Shown here: piece by piece, positions 25,602 through 28,688 of the stretch
Numbering within the stretch: position 1 is the stretch's first letter
Layout of the letters: each line of letters begins with the position of its first letter
Source: a virus
Taxonomy: Duplodnaviria; Caudoviricetes
Strand: one strand, 5' to 3'
Length of the DNA stretch: 28,688 nucleotides
Virus record (IMG/VR): IMGVR_UViG_3300023218_000274
Location: 1 to 28,688 of that record
Position numbers and translations under genes: made by a program
The notes under the pieces: model-generated
What the model was told of the DNA's origin: nothing
Database searches by the model: none
The model's input: the letters and a program-made list of their open reading frames with translations, nothing else

Positions 25602-27301
25602 CAGAACGGCACCTCGTCGTCGCTGTAGCCGTACGCCGCGAGGGCGTGCTCAGGCCCAACATCAGGAAGGTTGTCCGGGTCCTCGAGACGCGGCGGCTTG
25701 TCGCCGAGCGCGTAGCCGACGATCCGCTCCCATTCGTCGCCGGGCTTTTTCTCCAGCGTGATGCGCTCGGTCCGGGCCAGCGCGCCCGCGTTCGCCCACT
25801 CAACGGCCTCCTCGACCGAGGACGGCAGCGGGTCATTGGATCGCTTTCGCCACCACTGCTCGGCCTTGCGGCGGGCGAAACCGCCCTCGGGATGCTCAAA
25901 GCACAGCCACTCGCGGGCCCAGCGGTTGAAGCCGATGCGGTACTCGACGCGCATCGTCGGCTTGGCCAGCGGGTCGTTGCGCTTGTGGTGGACGTAGTAC
26001 GCGACCTCGATGACGCGCTCGTCGCGCCGGGCCGGGCCTTCCGAGCCGGTGACAATCTCTTCGTCCGATGCGATCGCCGCGTGCTTGACCTGCCGCGGCG
26101 GGAACTTGTGCCCGCACTCGGGACAGACGGCGTACGCCGCGTGGATCAACGCATCGCACTCGGGGCACTGCTTGGCGGGGGCTTCGCCCGAGGCGTCCTT
26201 GGTGTCGGCCAGCCGGATCGCATCGACCGGGCCATGCCGGAGCACGTTGCCGCCGAAGTCCAGCACGAGGCAGTCGGTCTTCCCATCCGCCAGCCGGAAC
26301 CCCCGCCCGACCATCTGGTAGTAGAGCCCCGGGCTCATCGTCGGGCGCAGCATCGCCACGCAGTCGACATTCGGGGCGTCGAAGCCCGTCGTCAGCACGT
26401 TCACGTTCGCCAGGTATTTCAGGTCGCCACCCTTGAAGCGTGCGATCAGCGCATCGCGTTCCCTCGCAGGTGTCCCGCCCTCGACGAACCCGCACTCAAC
26501 GCCGTGCTTCTCACGCAGCACCCGCACCACGTGCTCCCCGTGCCGAACGCCCGAGCAGAACAGCAGCACGCTGCGACGGTCGGCCGTCGCGCCGACGACC
26601 TCGGCGCAGGCCGCCTCAACCAGCCCGTCCTCGTCCATGCGGTCCTCGAGCTCGCCTGCGACGAACTCCCCGCCCCGTACATGGATGTCGCTCGTGTCAG
26701 CGACCGCCTTCCCGGCCCGGCTCTTGAGCGGGCACAGGTAGCCCTGCACGATGAGCTCACGCACACCGGCCTCGAAGCACACCTCGTGCAGCACCGACTC
26801 GGGGCCGCAGATCGTGCCGGTCTTCATGCGGTACGGCGTCGCCGTCAGCCCGATGACGCGCTGGTGGTCGCACAGGTCCTGCGCGTCTGCCAGGAAGCGG
26901 CGGTACATGCCTTCGCCGTCCGGCGGGATCAGGTGCGCCTCGTCCACGATGACCAGGTCGAGCGGCCCAAGATCGTGCGCCCGCTGGTACACCGACTGGA
27001 TGCCCGCGATCGTCACGGCGTACCCGAGATCCCGCCGCCCGAGCCCGGCGCTGAACACGCCCACCGGCAGGTCGGGCGCGACGGCCGGCAGCGTGCCAGC
27101 CGCCTGCTCGAGCAGTTCCTTCACGTGGGCGACCACGATCACCCGCCCGCTCCACTTCTGCACCGCGTCGCGGCACAGCTCGGCGATGACGTGGGTCTTG
27201 CCCGATCCGGTCGGGAGCACGACGGCTGGGTTCGTGTCGCTGGTGGCGATGTGGTTCCACACGGCATCGACCGCGTCGCGTTGGTATGGCCTGAGTCCCA
27301 T
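25601..27301 (-). CDS. SF2 DEAD/DEAH-box helicase (RadD/YejH-like) with zinc ribbon (566 aa)
   Basis: LRPYQ, PTGSGKT, DEAH, GLTATP, LTTGFDAP, QMVGRGFR; CPEC...CPEC zinc finger; acidic DDEVPF tail. Confidence 0.92.
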   Translation of the reverse strand: MGLRPYQRDAVDAVWNHIATSDTNPAVVLPTGSGKTHVIAELCRDAVQKWSGRVIVVAHVKELLEQAAGTLPAVAPDLPVGVFSAGLGRRDLGYAVTIAGIQSVYQRAHDLGPLDLVIVDEAHLIPPDGEGMYRRFLADAQDLCDHQRVIGLTATPYRMKTGTICGPESVLHEVCFEAGVRELIVQGYLCPLKSRAGKAVADTSDIHVRGGEFVAGELEDRMDEDGLVEAACAEVVGATADRRSVLLFCSGVRHGEHVVRVLREKHGVECGFVEGGTPARERDALIARFKGGDLKYLANVNVLTTGFDAPNVDCVAMLRPTMSPGLYYQMVGRGFRLADGKTDCLVLDFGGNVLRHGPVDAIRLADTKDASGEAPAKQCPECDALIHAAYAVCPECGHKFPPRQVKHAAIASDEEIVTGSEGPARRDERVIEVAYYVHHKRNDPLAKPTMRVEYRIGFNRWAREWLCFEHPEGGFARRKAEQWWRKRSNDPLPSSVEEAVEWANAGALARTERITLEKKPGDEWERIVGYALGDKPPRLEDPDNLPDVGPEHALAAYGYSDDEVPF

Positions 27302-27693
27302 CAGTCCGTCGCCTCCATGCTCGTGATCCGGACGATCACCTTGCCCCCGGGCACGACCGGCCCGCGCTCGATCTCGATCCGATCGATCTGGCCGTCGTCT
27401 TCGTACACCCCGCCGTGCCCGAGGGCGTCGAGCAGGGCCTTCATCGCGTTGTCCAGGTCCCGCCGCCTTCGGTCGGGCGGGTGGGCGGTGACATGCACCG
27501 CCACCCGTCCCGACATGGGCTCTGCCGTTCGCCTGGCGAGCCGGGCGCAGACCCGCTTGCGGAACTTCCGTCCCTCGCGGCTGATCAGCGTCCGATCGCC
27601 GACGCGACGCCAGTAGTGGTTCACGCTGGGCGGGTACGGCAACTCGACGACGAACGCGCCTTCGTCAGCCGCCGCGGCTTTCAGCGCTTCCAC
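27301..27693 (-). CDS. rusA: RusA family Holliday junction resolvase (130 aa)
   Basis: LPYPPSVNHYWR, PPDRRRRDLDN..KALLDAL, DDGQID motifs. Start codon uncertain. Confidence 0.9.
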   Translation of the reverse strand: MEALKAAAADEGAFVVELPYPPSVNHYWRRVGDRTLISREGRKFRKRVCARLARRTAEPMSGRVAVHVTAHPPDRRRRDLDNAMKALLDALGHGGVYEDDGQIDRIEIERGPVVPGGKVIVRITSMEATD

Positions 27694-28142
27694 GGCGGCG
27701 TCCCTCCCGAGGCGGCCGCCATCGGACGCTGCGGCGCGACGCCGGTGTCCCGCTTGGCGTAGCCCTTGATGGTGTTGGTCGGCTCGCCGTTATCCTCGCG
27801 GTTCTTGATCGCGACGCTGACGACCAGGGGCAGGTTGTGCAGCTCGACCGAGTCGCGGGGCCGCAGCACGTTCACCGCACGGCAGATCGCCGAGAGCGTC
27901 CCGCGGGCAATCTCGATCGTCTGGGTGTTGGTGTGCTTGAGGGTCAGCCGGTCCCAGAGCTTGCGGCCCTTGAACGGTCCCTCCAGCACCTCCATCTCGA
28001 GTTCCAGATACTCGCCCTTGCCGTTCTTGGTCGGCTTCATGGCGCTGGCCGTGATGGCGGCCACGTACTTGCCGGCGGGGATGGGATCGAAGCCAGCATT
28101 GGGCTCCACGTTGGTCGCGTCGAATCCGTTCAGGTCTGCCAT
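27681..28142 (-). CDS. DUF669 family protein (putative phage single-stranded DNA-binding protein), 153 aa
   Basis: FDPIPAGKY.A.I.....KPTKNG.GEYL.L....LEG..KGRKLWDRL...PPWKR; adjacent to AAA_24 ATPase. Confidence 0.8.
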   Translation of the reverse strand: MADLNGFDATNVEPNAGFDPIPAGKYVAAITASAMKPTKNGKGEYLELEMEVLEGPFKGRKLWDRLTLKHTNTQTIEIARGTLSAICRAVNVLRPRDSVELHNLPLVVSVAIKNREDNGEPTNTIKGYAKRDTGVAPQRPMAAASGGTPPWKR

Positions 28143-28145
28143 GGT

Positions 28146-28688
28146 TCAGGCTCCTTGCTCTTGGGTGGTCTGGTTGGTGTCGTTCTGGTTGGCGTTCTCG
28201 TTGACGACGGTCGGATCGCCCTCGCCGCGCGCCATCGCCGCGAACACGCGGTAATCCAGCGGCAACTCGTCGGGCAGGTTCAGGCGGTTCTTGGCGACGT
28301 GGGCCGGCCGCTCGGTCGTGCGGAGGATCCGCTCGCCCGTGCCGATACCCTGCGTGCGCTTGCGGTCGAAGCCCTCGCTCTGGGTCTTCGTGTGGACGCG
28401 GTAGGTGGCGAAGAGCACCTCGTCGCACCACTCCTGGATCAGCGCCGATGCCTGCTTCTGCAGGCGGGGCACGTAGCGGTCGTAGGTGTCGGTTTCGGGG
28501 TTGGCGAACTTCTCGATCGCCGCGTGCGCGATCAGGACGACCTGCATCCCGCGCTCGGTCCGCAGCGCGTCGAGGCCCGCCAGGACCTCGCGCCATTGCG
28601 TCAGCGCGAAGATGTAGCCTTTGGCGTAACCGATGTCCTCGATCGTCTCGACGCCGCGCTTCGCGCAGACCTCGGCCCAGATCAGCCG
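28146..28688 (-). CDS. AAA_24/Sak4-like ATPase, 5'-truncated by the window edge
   Basis: Frame is open to the window end (RLIWAEVC...IEDIGYAKGY...VVLIAH...YDRY.PRL...EWCDEVLFA...AKNRLNLP). Confidence 0.82.
   Translation of the reverse strand, partial: RLIWAEVCAKRGVETIEDIGYAKGYIFALTQWREVLAGLDALRTERGMQVVLIAHAAIEKFANPETDTYDRYVPRLQKQASALIQEWCDEVLFATYRVHTKTQSEGFDRKRTQGIGTGERILRTTERPAHVAKNRLNLPDELPLDYRVFAAMARGEGDPTVVNENANQNDTNQTTQEQGA

Larger units (their letters stand above)
1..28688 (-). mobile_element. Prophage/temperate siphovirus segment (replication, packaging, head and tail modules); both ends lie outside the window
   Basis: Co-oriented, mostly translationally coupled (TGATG/ATGA/GTGA overlaps) genes for terminase, lambda-type portal, capsid, tail tube, tape measure, RusA, helicase and primase. 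No integrase, att site or host genes visible. Confidence 0.95.

Overview
The whole window is the middle of a high-GC temperate siphovirus/prophage genome, encoded mostly on the minus strand. The gene set resembles prophages I associate with Planctomycetota, but the host is an inference. Reading right to left: (1) a replication/recombination module (truncated AAA_24-type ATPase, DUF669 protein, RusA, SF2 helicase, primase-polymerase/AAA_25 fusion); (2) a structured ~600-bp region with an origin-like repeat cluster and a symmetric cos-like site; (3) a ParB-DNA methyltransferase gene split by a complete 2,459-nt group II intron (RT/maturase/HNH) inserted one codon after the catalytic DPPY motif; (4) a three-gene plus-strand island including a histone-like/HARE-HTH protein; (5) terminase genes; (6) an AbiEi/AbiEii type IV toxin-antitoxin pair with a palindromic operator, wedged into the head operon; (7) lambda-type portal, protease-capsid fusion, head/neck/tail genes, a probable frameshifted tail chaperone, a possible unimolecular spanin, tape measure and an unusual tail-tip module. 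The best-supported highlight is the intron, whose EBS1 loop pairs perfectly with the Tyr-Asn codons of the methyltransferase active-site motif. Family assignments come from recognising motifs by eye; no database searches were run.
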